A DNA stretch of 63,560 bases, filler included, from Octopus bimaculoides (taxonomy: Eukaryota), in the NCBI RefSeq assembly GCF_001194135.2. It is 7 parts of 6 records of this genome, joined end to end, with 100 filler letters (N's around TTAATTAATTAA, not from the genome) between each part and the next. Parts side by side here need not be neighbours in the genome. Positions count along the whole stretch, not along the records: positions 1 to 15,013 come from NC_068987.1; 6 more parts are not named here. One strand, written 5' to 3'. The notes below the pieces were generated by a model. That model worked only from the letters and a program-made list of their open reading frames with translations, was not told the origin of the DNA and searched no databases. This document shows positions 1 to 15,013 of the stretch, in pieces. The position numbers and the translations under genes are program-made. The number at the start of each line of letters is the position of its first letter. Position 1 is the first letter of the stretch.

Positions 1-3000
1 CAAGAAATGGAGAATATTCTTTAATAGAAAGATCTTTTTATCGAGATGATAGATTGCTTTAATAGAGAAACGTGGACCCCCCCCCCCTCAAGTTACCGGT
101 TCTGTACAGTCTGCCACTATGTTTTCTAAACAATAAGGATTTAAAATTAAGGTGCTGAGCTGGCAGAAACGTTAAGACGCCGGGCCAAATGCTTAGCTGT
201 ATTTCGTCTGTGTTCAAATTCTGGCGAGGTCGACTTTGCCTTTCATCCTTTCGGGGTCGATCTAGTCGACTGGACCCCTCTCCAAAAATTTCGGTCTATA
301 CCATTTTTCATCACATTGGCGTGATTGTTCCGGGTCGATATATTTTGATCTTGGGCAGCCAAGATCAAGCCTTCACTCTCTGCCTTTAGCCCCTGAGAAG
401 TAGAAAAGAATAAGGATTCAAATTTACATTTAAACAACGTATAAATTAGTGAATCGGTCAGAGGTAATACTAGATTTAAATGAAAACTCATTTAAAAAAA
501 GAAGAGCAACATTTTATGTAAGTCACCAACCCTAAAAATATTTTGAAAAAAATCTATTTGCAATTCGTTGAGAATTCTGTCTTTTAACAAAAAATTAGTC
601 TACGAAGCAGATAGATCACTTCTAAAACATTAAACAAATACTTACAAAGAGAATCTTCAGCAGCTCCGATCCAATGCCAGCAAAATTCCACGCCTGTTGA
701 AATGATCAGTCAGTTCGATTTCCATGTTTCCACCTATATAGCTAAGATCTTTGCTACACTAACAATATAACAATCTATTCATGTACTGGTGTCATTTTGC
801 AGTTTAATGAAGCTATAAAATGTATGAAATTATTTATAATCAGCATATAGAAGCGCACGTGCGCACGCACACAAGGAATAAAATAAAATATGTAACAAGA
901 GAATTTACCGTTAATTATTCGGAAAGATGGACATTCAGGATTGAACCGAACTTTTGGGGGAAGAGTCCAGTCGATTAGATCGACCCCAGTATGCAACTTG
1001 TACTTAATTTATCGACCCCGAAAAGAAGAAAAACAAAATCGATAACGGCGGAATTTGAACTCAGAACGTAAAGACAGACGAAATACCGCTAAGCATTTCG
1101 CCCGACGTGCTAGCGATTCTGCCAGCTCACCGCCCTATCGATCTTATTTATTGATTCACTTTGGTAGCGCGTTGCTACTTGTAACCTCAGATATTGACAT
1201 GATTCCAATAAGCCTACAAGTGTTAAAATCCATTCTGATCGTCTTTCCTGTTCCTATGAGGCAAACCTTCTACAGCCGCTCCACAGAACATTCCATTCCA
1301 ATCTCATTTAACCATTTCACTATGTTTTTTTTTTTCTCACATTCCCTAAAGCACCAATTATTATTATTGTTGTTGTTATTATTACCATTATCATTAATAG
1401 CAGGCTCTACGTTCATAAGTCAAGAAATGCAATGAAATATATATAATCGCTGACAGAATAACAATATTTAGATTAACCTTGGCAAAACGTTATATTAGTG
1501 AATAAGTTTTACACTTGAGTAACGAAAGAGTGATACAGTTAAACAACATGGCGATAGAGAAAGAAACCTATTGGCTGCTGCTACTGCTGCTGGCATGTTT
1601 TCATAGCGGAAACAGAAAATATTTTATGACTTTGGGGTTACGATAGTATTAAAGGTGGGGATGGGGAGATAACTTAGAAAGAACAACGGAAAGATACACG
1701 CAAACGAAACATACATAGACGCATACGCGCGCACACACACACACACACGCACATTCTATTGCTTCTTTCAGTCATTTTGACTGTGGCCATTGTGGAGCAG
1801 CGCCTTTTAGTCGAAGAAATCGATCCCTGAATTTATTCTTTGCAAGCCTAGTATTTATTCTATCGTTCGCTTTTGCCGAACTGCTACGTTACGGGGACGC
1901 AAACACACTAAGATCGGTTGTCAAGCGATGGTGGAGGGACAAACACAGACACAAATATATTCATATGTATATGACAGGTTTCTTTAAGTTTCCCCTCTAC
2001 CAAATCTGCTCACAAGGCTTCGGTCGGCCCGAGGCTCCAGTGGAAGACACTTGCCCAAGGTGCCACGCTCCGAACCACATAGTTCCGGACTGTGTGGTTG
2101 TAAATAATGCACATAATTCCTCATCTCTTAAATATAGAAACGAAGTCTGTCATTGATATATAGAAGAAAGAGGATGAGGGAAAGAATCGAACCCTGGCAA
2201 ACACCGAGAATTGATTGAGGGTGTAACGGAAAGATGTTCTTTCACATGTGCCGCGATGGTGCAACTTGATAGAAAGCTGTCAAAGGTCTGACCATGGTTG
2301 GCATGTCTTCGATCAGAGGTATGCTGGATCAAATCTGACTGGGTTAAATAAAACAAAAATACATGCTACAAGGAAGTGCCAAACATCCTGCCTGTAAATA
2401 AAAGACAGGATATCAACGGATGGACTTTGTTTCAGTCAAGACAAAACCGAGGAAAAGCAAGAAAGGAAACATTAAATCATCCTAGATACATTGTAGTCCC
2501 AGATACACTATTTTTAAAAAACAACCAGGAAGAAAATAATGCAGTCGTATATACATATATCTGGATTACAGACATTTGAAAATGTAGTCTCAGTTACGCT
2601 ATACTTGAAATAGAGATTGAACGATCTTAAATATTCAGCGATTTATCTGCACTAACATGGCCGCATCAGAGTTAAACAACAACAATAAAAATATCACGGG
2701 CAGCAGCAGCAGCAGCACCACCACCAAGAATGGCCACAGTGTTTTATGTCCCATCATTTACTTATCAATTGTAATTTTCAGTACATGAACCTCCCCACCG
2801 CGCACACACACACAGAGACTTACATACGAATTCAAACATACATACAAACACAGGCATATTATACCCCTCTCTCTATATATGTATTTGTATACATATATCG
2901 TATATACATATATGAGTGTGCGTATGAATGTATATATTTTTCTCTATACATATATATATTCTTATGTTTAAAAATGTATATATATGAATGCATGTATGTG

Positions 3001-3499
3001 TAAATACACACTTGTGTGTGTGTTTGTATACCCATTTCAATTTCTTTTTTCTATATTCTCAGCACTAAACTTCCCTTTTCTGTCTCAATCTTTCACCTAC
3101 TTTTCTCTCTGCCAATCTTTATCTGACTATCTCTTCCATTATAATTCTCTCACCAGATTTTTATCAACATTTATCTTTATGGCTTCATTCCTTAACCCCT
3201 CAAAAAAAAAATGTCTATAGAGAGAGTTTGTAAAGTGCTTAGCTGTTATATTGTCATTAATATGCTCCAGCTAGGCACACCCATCTCGGAAATAACTGCA
3301 GCAGGAAAGATCTACTCTACCTCGATAAACAGAGAAACCGTCTTCCGAAAGCACACCGATGATAGCTCCGCCTGAAGAAGTTACAGAGCTTTCTAATAAA
3401 GGCGTTGAAAAGACTCTTGTTACTTTCTTTACATCAACCAGGATAACTACAAAAGTATAGACACCAATGATTGCAAAGTGCAACTACTCTACTCTGGTA

Positions 3500-3870
3500 A
3501 AGTGGAAATCTCCTGGTAATGCTATGGTGCCAAATTTCTGGCTACCATGCGCACATAAAAATTAGTTCAGTTATTCAATGAAAACATACAAATTTAAGGG
3601 ACAGGACGAAATTTTCCCCACTGGAAAAGAAAAAAATGGTGCCGACGAGGATCATATGGATGCAAAGACCAACTCTTAATTGCATGATCCTTGAGAACGG
3701 ACATAAACACAGAAATCTCAGTTCTGCATGGGTTGATTATAAGGAGGCCTTCGACAGCATGTCGCATTCATGGATCTTGAAATCGACGGATATCTTTAAA
3801 ATGTATTCTGTGATTTCAAATTTCCTGAAGCACAGCATGTGAATGTGAAATATGAATCTCAATCTATTCA
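3500..3870 (+). mobile_element. R4/Dong-type (REL) LINE RT fragment
   Basis: WKSPGNAMVPNFWL and KHRNLSSAWVDYKEAFDSMSHSWILKS. Confidence 0.75.
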
Positions 3871-4217
3871 GCTTCGTCCACCTCACAACCTCTTTCTCCA
3901 TAGCCAAAAGACACAAGAATACCGCTTGCCTTGCCTTCTTAATAGTAGATGATGGATTCGGCTGTTACTCGGGTTCGTCCCACACGCAATCACAGTTATT
4001 CCACATCGCTCCCATATTTGGCAATACTCAGACATGGTATATACATGTATGAGTACACGTGTGTGTGTGTGTTCAGGAAAGACAACCGAGGTAAACATAT
4101 TTTAGCAATTCCATTTTATTAAAATCAATAAACGAAAATAATTCATTGCACAATGATCAAGAAAATGGATATCTTATAAAATTGGTTGATCTAACTATGC
4201 TATTTTCTCTATTTCAG

Positions 4218-4483
4218 ATGCTAAATCAAGATTTTGTAAGCCATACACGCAGTCGACTCGAAGCAGCTCTAATGAACCGAAAAGTGGCTTGCATTCTGAT
4301 CTTAGTACTCGTACATTGACTAATGTGCCGAGGCAAAGTACCCAGCATTACTACAAACCTGACGTTCCTGGAGCTAACCAAATTGGCCGGGCAACGGGCC
4401 GTGCTTCAATATCGATATCTTCCATTAGTATATTGATGTCAACTTGCTGGACAGCCGTATTATTACTATTCAGCCTTTCATAA
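4218..4483 (+). CDS. Terminal coding exon of an upstream gene; probable GPI-anchored cell-surface protein (S/T-rich linker plus hydrophobic C-terminal tail)
   Basis: Strong acceptor ttttctctatttcag|at at 4217/4218. Read in phase 1 the frame is open to TAA at 4483: (D)[87 protein letters not shown]. Small residues precede a terminal hydrophobic stretch with no cytoplasmic tail. Upstream exons were not found in the window. Confidence 0.7.
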
Positions 4484-4951
4484 AACACACTATATATCAA
4501 CATTTTATATACATATATGCATATATAAATGTATATATACATGCACACACGTATATGTATATGTATATATATGTATATATATATATATAAGTATATACGT
4601 ATATATATATCTTTGAATTTATATATATATATACATATATATCTTTGAATTTATATGCATATATATATACATATAGAGACAGAAACATACACACATATGG
4701 CTTTATATATATATATATGTATACATGCTTATATATATATATACACACATATATTACTTGTAAATACACATGCACACGGCCACACAAACAAATATATGTA
4801 TGCATGTATATACATACAACATATATATGTATATACATATATACATACGTATAGGTATATGTATTTATATTAACTTTGGCTTGCATGTGAGTCAAACTTT
4901 CAGATAAATTATATATAAGCAGACACACCAGACATACACACATATGCATGC

Positions 4952-4984
<33 letters not shown>

Positions 4985-5569
4985 TTTCAGAAAAGTTACC
5001 CAAAAACCACGTAGTAGATTTTATTCATTTCTTCAGACTGAGGGTGGACGGATGAATATGTGTTTGAGTACGTGTGGGTGTATGTGTGTATATATGTACA
5101 TATATATATATACATACATATATGCACATATACACAAATACGTATATATATTTGCATATATATATATGTATATATACATATATGCAAATACATATATACA
5201 TATATTGATATATACGCATAACATAGCTTGAGTGTGTGTGTATATAATTAACGAAAACGCATATTTCTGTATGTATGTTTGTCACACATACACATAGAAA
5301 GCGTTTTGCACACAACTAAGCAGTCAGAAAAACAAGCATACATATATGTATAGAGATATATATATGCAAACACAGGCAAAGACACACAAGCATAGCTAGA
5401 AATATAAACTTATATGAATAATTAATTAATTAATTACCCTTATTAATTTCAATGTGTCGATGTTGATACATTCTTCCCCGACAGATATATGCATAATCAT
5501 GAAGAAACACCATTCAATCAAACAAGCTTCATTATTTGTATACACACGCAAAGATTACAACAAAACGGC

Positions 5570-5609
<40 letters not shown>

Positions 5610-7098
5610 NNNNNNNNNNNNNNNNNNNNNNNNNNNNNNNNNNNNNNNNNNNNNNNNNNNNNNNNNNNNNNNNNNNNNNNNNNNNNNNNNNNNNNNNNNN
5701 NNNNNNNNNNNNNNNNNNNNNNNNNNNNNNNNNNNNNNNNNNNNNNNNNNNNNNNNNNNNNNNNNNNNNNNNNNNNNNNNNNNNNNNNNNNNNNNNNNNN
5801 NNNNNNNNNNNNNNNNNNNNNNNNNNNNNNNNNNNNNNNNNNNNNNNNNNNNNNNNNNNNNNNNNNNNNNNNNNNNNNNNNNNNNNNNNNNNNNNNNNNN
5901 NNNNNNNNNNNNNNNNNNNNNNNNNNNNNNNNNNNNNNNNNNNNNNNNNNNNNNNNNNNNNNNNNNNNNNNNNNNNNNNNNNNNNNNNNNNNNNNNNNNN
6001 NNNNNNNNNNNNNNNNNNNNNNNNNNNNNNNNNNNNNNNNNNNNNNNNNNNNNNNNNNNNNNNNNNNNNNNNNNNNNNNNNNNNNNNNNNNNNNNNNNNN
6101 NNNNNNNNNNNNNNNNNNNNNNNNNNNNNNNNNNNNNNNNNNNNNNNNNNNNNNNNNNNNNNNNNNNNNNNNNNNNNNNNNNNNNNNNNNNNNNNNNNNN
6201 NNNNNNNNNNNNNNNNNNNNNNNNNNNNNNNNNNNNNNNNNNNNNNNNNNNNNNNNNNNNNNNNNNNNNNNNNNNNNNNNNNNNNNNNNNNNNNNNNNNN
6301 NNNNNNNNNNNNNNNNNNNNNNNNNNNNNNNNNNNNNNNNNNNNNNNNNNNNNNNNNNNNNNNNNNNNNNNNNNNNNNNNNNNNNNNNNNTATATATATA
6401 TATATATATATATTAGTTATGCATATATGTATAAACTCTTTAGAATTAATGTCCCAAAATTATTGATATGATCTCGTGATATTAAACCACTATTATATTT
6501 TGGGTTCCTCATTCCACCAATAAAGACACGAGTACTGGTTGTAGTACCTTCACTTATTTGGATCTTGTTTAATGAATATATTTAATTACTTTCGGGTTCG
6601 TTTGATAAAGACGTTTGTCGCACCACTGTGATCTTTTCAATGTCCTGCCCTTTTTGCAATGCAATTACATAAAGAAGAGGATGTTGTAACCGCCACACTT
6701 GTGTAATAAATTACCGTGATACACGGACTAAAACTTTATGCCATAATATTAAAAATAGTATATTACATTCAGTGCAGGTGTATTTATTCGCCGAATGAGC
6801 CTCCCAAAGTACAATACTACGTGTGTGTGTGTGTGTGTGTGTGAATGTGTACGAGTGTGAATGCGTCTGTGTTCATGTGCGTATATTTATGAGCTCTTTG
6901 TGCGTGTATACGAGGTGCTTGTACAAAATTAAAATTTCTGTATTGTAGAGAACGTACTGAGATAGATCATATCTATTCATATAACACAGTCTTAGATATC
7001 ATAATATTGATCACGTATTTTCAGTACTGGAAATAATTTCATTATTAATTATTATTATTTATATATATACATGTATAAATACACACACGCATATATGT

Positions 7099-7148
<50 letters not shown>

Positions 7149-9643
7149 GTGTATATATATGTATGTATGTATATATATTTGACCTGCTCTACAGAAATGT
7201 TTCACAATTTTTAAATGAATGTTAATCGCTTTCATATGCATGGATATATATGCATGTCAATCTAAAACTACGCATATATATATATACATGTATATATATG
7301 GAGTAACGCAGATCTGTATAATTGCAGGCAAATGTACACACAGACGTCAAGTTACCCACATAATTCTTACATATATACATATATGCATTTATGTATGTTT
7401 ATGCATGCATGTCTGTTTAACTGATGTCACCATACAAAATGTTTTGATGAGAACCAATAAAAGGTATATGTATATATGTGTGTTTTTGTAGGGACATGAA
7501 TGTGTGTGTGTANNNNNNNNNNNNNNNNNNNNNNNNNNNNNNNNNNNNNNNNNNNNNNNNNNNNNNNNNNNNNNNNNNNNNNNNNNNNNNNNNNNNNNNN
7601 NNNNNNNNNNNNNNNNNNNNNNNNNNNNNNNNNNNNNNNNNNNNNNNNNNNNNNNNNNNNNNNNNNNNNNNNNNNNNNNNNNNNNNNNNNNNNNNNNNNN
7701 NNNNNNNNNNNNNNNNNNNNNNNNNNNNNNNNNNNNNNNNNNNNNNNNNNNNNNNNNNNNNNNNNNNNNNNNNNNNNNNNNNNNNNNNNNNNNNNNNNNN
7801 NNNNNNNNNNNNNNNNNNNNNNNNNNNNNNNNNNNNNNNNNNNNNNNNNNNNNNNNNNNNNNNNNNNNNNNNNNNNNNNNNNNNNNNNNNNNNNNNNNNN
7901 NNNNNNNNNNNNNNNNNNNNNNNNNNNNNNNNNNNNNNNNNNNNNNNNNNNNNNNNNNNNNNNNNNNNNNNNNNNNNNNNNNNNNNNNNNNNNNNNNNNN
8001 NNNNNNNNNNNNNNNNNNNNNNNNNNNNNNNNNNNNNNNNNNNNNNNNNNNNNNNNNNNNNNNNNNNNNNNNNATATGTACATATATAGAGTGAGAGAGA
8101 CATACACATACATAAGTGTCTAATGCATACATCCCTTTAGATATCTAAATATATACGTATAAATATGTGTATATAGAGAGAAACAGAAACGCATACATAA
8201 GCATATATATATATATATATATTATACATGTACACACACATGAATATTGCGTTTGTATTATATTATCTACATCCATTTCTTATTTGAAATCTTTAGTGCA
8301 TGTATGGCGAATGCTGTGTGTATATGTATTAGATTTTTCTTTCTGTGTGTGCAGTTGTGTTTTGCGATTGTGCGTTTGGCCTCGTGAACGCCTTTCTATG
8401 TGTGTATATTAGTGAGTGAATTATTGCCGTGTGTGTACATCGCCATAGATATAGGCCGAATATCTGTGTTCGATAAACAGAATACTTGCTCATATCTCTG
8501 TCTGTATATGAAAATATTACTATGAAACATTTTTGTTTTAACATTTCTACGTTAATTTTATTTCGTATTTCTACTAATTGTTATCTACAACAAACTTTAC
8601 ACCCGCTGCAGAAACATATCGTGTATAACCAGATAATTGTACACTGATTGTTAACTGATGAGCGCCAACTGTTCTATGTATACATATGTATATAAATGTC
8701 TATGTATGTATATATACATATATATATATATAAATATATATGTATATATATACAAATATATATACACATATGTATACACATGTATGTATATATATACGAT
8801 TACGTATATATATATTTATGCATAAATACATGTTTATATAAATAAATGTATTTGTCTATTGATTTATATATTATATAAAACATCTAGAATGGAAACAATA
8901 AGGAAATCTAATGTTTTACTGGAACTTGCAGAGTAAGTGGATGAAATGCACGAGGAAAAATTTCAAGAAAAATATACTATTGTTTTTTTGCTTAAAAATA
9001 AAAGAATTTAAAGAATCGAAATTGAAATAGGAAATGTTGTTGAAATAGGAAATGTTCATACAAATTCCTCGCGATACATTGTCTTTGACATATGAAATCA
9101 AACTTGCAGATATTTCTTTGCTATGAGACCAGATAGATGCCGGTGTTAAAGTGAAATTGGCGCCGATGCTTCCAGTCAATTTGAAGCTGATAAATTCTAT
9201 GATGAAATCTTCAGGAGATATTAAAGTTACAAGGTACGAATGATACAGTATTAGCGTAAGATTCAAGACGCCATGTTTACCTTCGGTTCTCTTCCCATTG
9301 TGTCTTTTGGTACCAGGTACGATTCACTTCCAGTCGTGGTCATTCCGCAGATTTATTTTGTGTGTTTTATTCGTGGTGAAGCACGATTCCTACGATGAAA
9401 AGTGACTTCCACGGACTACAACTGACGAATGATTGAAACATTCTGCAAACAGATTTTTTTAATACATATATATATATATAAAATATATATATATATACAC
9501 ATACATACGTATTCATGTATCTATATATATATACCTATGTATGTATATATGCATGTATGTATATATGTATGTATATATGCATGTATGTATGCATGTATGT
9601 ATGTGTGTCTGTATGTGTATATCTATGCGTATGTATGTATGTT

Positions 9644-9674
<31 letters not shown>

Positions 9675-10362
9675 ATATGTGTATGTATATGTATGTATGT
9701 GTATGTATGTATATATGTATGCATATATATGTATNNNNNNNNNNNNNNNNNNNNNNNNNNNNNNNNNNNNNNNNNNNNNNNNNNNNNNNNNNNNNNNNNN
9801 NNNNNNNNNNNNNNNNNNNNNNNNNNNNNNNNNNNNNNNNNNNNNNNNNNNNNNNNNNNNNNNNNNNNNNNNNNCATATATATACACATATATATCCATA
9901 TATATATATATATATATATATACACGCACATACATACATATGCAAATAAGTAAACCAAGTATATATTTACGTCTATCTTATTTTTTGAAATATGAGTATG
10001 TCTACATTTATATCCATAATATTTCACGACATTAATAAAGATATTAATCTTTGTTGTGATGTGTCGGCCATTAGACAAGGAGACATAAGAGAAAAATTCC
10101 TGTTTAAGGGTAGACAACTTAATGTGTGTCAACTAAATAATCAGTTACTCATCTGGCTGATGATTTTCGTCGTTTTATAGACAAAGCAAGTAAACATTTA
10201 TACATTAAAGTTTCTACTCTTTGTCTTATTTTACCATACGTTTGAGATTATGTGACGTACGTTGTACGTACATTACAAATTGCCACATAAGCTATTTATA
10301 TATATATGTTTACACACGCACACATATACACACACATACAGCCACCCATATANNNNNNNNNN

Positions 10363-10409
<47 letters not shown>

Positions 10410-12877
10410 TCACACACATGTATACACACACATGTATAAAATAATGTGTTTTGAATAGCACAACAATGCACTATAATAACAACAATGAACTATAGTACCT
10501 GTTATAATTTAAACATCCACATTCTGATATAATATTTCGGAATATAAAAATTCCTTCAGATATCACTAGGAATTGATCGAGTCACTGCTATATATATATA
10601 TATATATATATATATACGTTTATGTGTAATACATGCTGACAATTATGTGCACGCATACCCAGTAAGTTATGTATGTATGTATGTGTATATACGTAAGAAA
10701 AGAAATAGTGTGTGTATATCTTCTTTGCATACAGTTGCACTGATGAATATGTGACGTGTTCATGTCAAAAATATGTTTAGCTGTGATAGGAATAACCTAT
10801 TGGAGGTAAATATATTTTCTTCTATCACTTAATTGTATTACAGTAATTGGTAGCTTCTTTTCGTTATAGTTCCATCCAGGTAGAATCTGGTTATGCTCTC
10901 AGCCATGCCACATGCGCTTTCGTTGTGTGGTTAATGCATAACAAATCAGGGCTTCGATGCAGTCTCCCTATTATGAATCTATTTGCGTGGTGTAGATACA
11001 ACAGGTAGTTTATTATAAAGTAGAGTATAGGTAAACCTTTTCTTACATTTGTGGCTATCTTCTCAATGAAGATATTTACGAAAGAAGGTTCGTGTTTTTC
11101 AGATATCTAAGTTACAATAGAATTTGTTTCCCCACTTTGCACTAAGTGTGTGTGTATGTATGTGTTTTTTTTTAAATCTTCTTTATTCGTTTCAATCATT
11201 AGATTGAGGCCGTGTAACTGCACCGCCTTCAAGAATTTTAGTAGGATGAATCGACCGCGGAGAAACGAAATAAAGTTGTTCTCAACAGATTTGGTGGGAG
11301 ATAGAATTATTTTCTAATAGGTTTGACTGAGTTTCATACGACGTAAATCTTCTTGGATGCGTAGGAAGAACCCACCTCATCATCTTGAACTTGTCTCAAA
11401 TCCGTTATTCTGCTTCTGATACCTAATGAGAGGGGTTCGTCTTAAGCGCCCACGGAAATTTAAGCCTTATGAATTTCTGTGTCAAACTGGTATTAAAATA
11501 TATATATTTACGTTTTTATATATGTGCATATGTATATATGTTTGAAGTTGTGCATGTCTATACATATAAACGTACGTAAATAGGTGGTACAATCGCTAAG
11601 AAAAACAAAATTCACTACAATTGTGCTGTACACTTTACTCTGGGAGCAAGAAGTGTGAACGCCCGTCAGTTTCGCCCCGGGTGTGAAACATCAAACTGTG
11701 AAATTTAGAGAAAGAAAAACGGAAGCGAAAAATGGCGAGTTTACACAGCAGTAAATACAGTGTGTGATTTATTGGTTTTCTTTATAATAATTGGGCGTGT
11801 GTACGTAAGTGTGTGTGTGTACGTGTACTGGTTACAAATACATCAACTTGGTTGGATTTATAAAAGCACACTGCATTCTGTATAGTGTGTGTGTGTGTGT
11901 GTTTACGCGCGCATACATATATACAGATATATGTATGCTCATCGTTTTACAAATGAGAAGCAAAATACACGCCATGGAAACGGTATTTATGTATTTATGG
12001 TGGCGCTGATATTTCTCGCTGTTGCAACTCAGAGTGTCGCCAATATTCTCGTTATTCTTGTACCTGATGATAAATTGCAATCTACAGTATTTATATTCAA
12101 ATATGATGGCCAGGATTCATGTGATATCCGCCTATCTACATATGTGTGTGTGTGTGTGTGTGTGTGCATATGCTGATACACATTAACACATATTCACATA
12201 CATATGGAAGCACACGCACAAACATATATACATACACGCAAGAACAGATGCATAAATGCGTTCGTACATTTTTAAACACATACATACTGGCACAGATATT
12301 TGCACACACACACATACATGCTCACTCACGCATAACGTTTGTGTTTGGCCTTAAAATGTATTGAATTGTTATATCATATTTACAGTTATCCCTATTCGTC
12401 TCACATATTTCTCTTAGTTCTGTATGACATACATTCTATTTCCTATTTCTTCCATTGACCACACATATTTTAAGCAAATCAGTCTTTGCTTCGTCCATCA
12501 TATTGTGTTAGAAATAGCTGTAGTTTGTAGTTCAATCATCAGCCACGTGATCAGCGTGTATGGACGTGAATGTCGGAGTCGTAACAGAGAGTAATATCAG
12601 CGCTTTAATGTAATCCAAAGCGTTTTTCCCAGAGAATCGAAACGCATGAACTAAGGGCAAACTACATAGATATCCGAGCAAACTGCATTCAAATACATAA
12701 TAATAACAATAATAATAATAAAGATATCGGATTGAAAGATAGTGAAATTGGGACTTCATTGCCGAACTGCAGAAAAATGCATTTCTGTATTCTACAAGAA
12801 TCCTAAGAAAGATTCTTGAGATTTACAGAAACCAAAACTTCAAGACAACATTATTGCTAATATAGCCTGTAATAGGG

Positions 12878-13340
12878 TGGTGAGCTGGCAGAAGCGTTAG
12901 GACGCCGGGCGAAATGCTTAGCGGTATTTTGTCTGCCATTACGTTCTGAGTGTAGATTCGGCCGAGGTCGACTTTGCCTTTCATCTTCGGGGTCGATGAA
13001 ATAAGTACCAGTTATGCACTGCAGTTGATGTAATCGACTTAATCCCTTTGTCTGTCCTTGTTTGTCCCCTCAATGTTTAGTCCCCAGTGGGCAATAAAGA
13101 AATAAATATAGACTGTAATAATTATAATAATCTTTTCTACTATAAGCACAAGACTTGAGGTTTTGTTGGAGGGGTTCGTCGAATACCACGACCCCAGGGC
13201 TCAACAGGGACATATCGCCTGGAATGACGAAAGGCACAGTCGACTTTGGACGTTTCTGAGCTCAGAATGTAAAGACACGCGAAATGCCACTAACCATTCT
13301 GTCCAGCGAGCTAACGATTCTGCCTGCTCGCTCGCCGCCT
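12878..13340. mobile_element. SINE family A, two convergent copies
   Basis: Plus copy 12878-13106 and minus copy 13136-13340. Confidence 0.8.
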
Positions 13341-13984
13341 TCATAATAATGTAAAACAAAAGAAACTGCGTAACTCCGTTGCAGAGGAAATGTTATTTCT
13401 GTTTATTTATAACTACTTTTCGCATTTCTTTTATCGTGTTCTCCCTTATTCATCTGACGAAACGACGGAAAAATTGACAATGGAAAGACGAGAGTTTCCG
13501 TTTTTCTTTTCCATTGAACCTTTCTTTCCATTTTTACACCCCTTCTCTCTCTCTCTCTCACACATTCTCTAGACCTTTCCTTTCTCCGTCATTTCTCACT
13601 GACGAAGGTTTAACAAGTCAGAAACAATGGAAGCTGTTTCCTTTTCTTTTCTTTTCTTCTTAGTGTCAAACTGATATTCATCGACTTCATCGTTCATTTG
13701 TGATGTTAATATATTATGAAATAATATATATGTGTACGTATGCACAGATATGCGTGAACGAAATATATACATACAAACATACACTCACACACAAATACAC
13801 ACACACACGCATATCCCTTAGTATTAAATGTCGGAAAAAGACCGGTCAGTACCATGGTAGAGATTAATAATACGTTTTATTTTCGTCCAGTCAGTCTCCT
13901 GCTACTCTAAGTTTCATCTGTAGGTGCACAAAATCTAAATTGCTTGAAAATCCCGTGCATTACAGGTTAAAATCAGATTAACAA

Positions 13985-14018
<34 letters not shown>

Positions 14019-14085
14019 TATTTATAATTATATATGTATATACACACACAAGTGTGTGCGTGTGTATGCATATCTNNNNNNNNNN

Positions 14086-14133
<48 letters not shown>

Positions 14134-14522
14134 AGTGTTCGAATAAGTGCTGCACATAGTTTCATGCCATGGAAACACGTTAAATCAGCAAATTTATATA
14201 ACGGGCCATGTGTCTCTAAGCAGTTCTTCAGACGTTGCGTAAATCTGCCAAATTTATGAAAGTATTAGTAGCTCGTATTAAAATACTGCGGATATTACAT
14301 GGTAATTATCTCTAATTGGATGGAGTACATTTTTTTGTTGCTTCTACCAATAACGGAACAGTAAACTATACACACACACACGTAACATAAACACATACTA
14401 CACACACCCCACAAACACACACGCGCGTATATATATATATATATGAATATACATATATAATTATACATATATATATGTATATAAATAAAAATGTAGGTAT
14501 ATAATACACATATACAGATGTG

Positions 14523-14574
<52 letters not shown>

Positions 14575-14975
14575 TGTAGCAATGTGTATATTATATAAAT
14601 ATATATGAGTTTATATGGGCAGCTGCATTTGTGCATGTGATTAAGTGCGCATTTGTGTGTTCGTCCTGGTGTGCTGATATGTGTGTACTATACATATCAC
14701 AGAGTTGTGCGTGAAAATCAAGGAGATATAAAGGCAGAAATGTAGGTGATTATATAAGTATATAGGTAAATAGTGCACGCACGTGTGTCTGTGTTAGTGA
14801 GATTCATATGCATATATGTGTGTGGGCATGTCTATCTGTGTGTAGATATGTATCAAACATGCATGCATACACATGTATATATATGTATATGCACATGCAT
14901 TTATATATATATATATATATATATTAACGAAAAATGTTTATATGTATAAATATATATATTTATATATATATACCT

Positions 14976-15013
<38 letters not shown>

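Noticed and set aside
3271-3483. 70-aa minus-strand ORF with coding-like composition
   Set aside because: It lies directly upstream of the R4/Dong LINE fragment on the opposite strand and is best explained as antisense of decayed LINE ORF.
8916-9266. 116-aa minus-strand ORF
   Set aside because: TTG start, no recognisable motif and no convincing splice boundaries.
11889-12176. ORF with a hydrophobic segment (IYVFMVALIFLAVATQSVANILVILV) as exon 1 of gene A
   Set aside because: It has no good phase-0 donor, both ends run into (GT)n tracts, and it shows no similarity to gene B exon 1. It is not fully excluded.
13455-13630. CTGACGA...GAAA matches as hammerheads
   Set aside because: No supporting stem I, II or III pairing.
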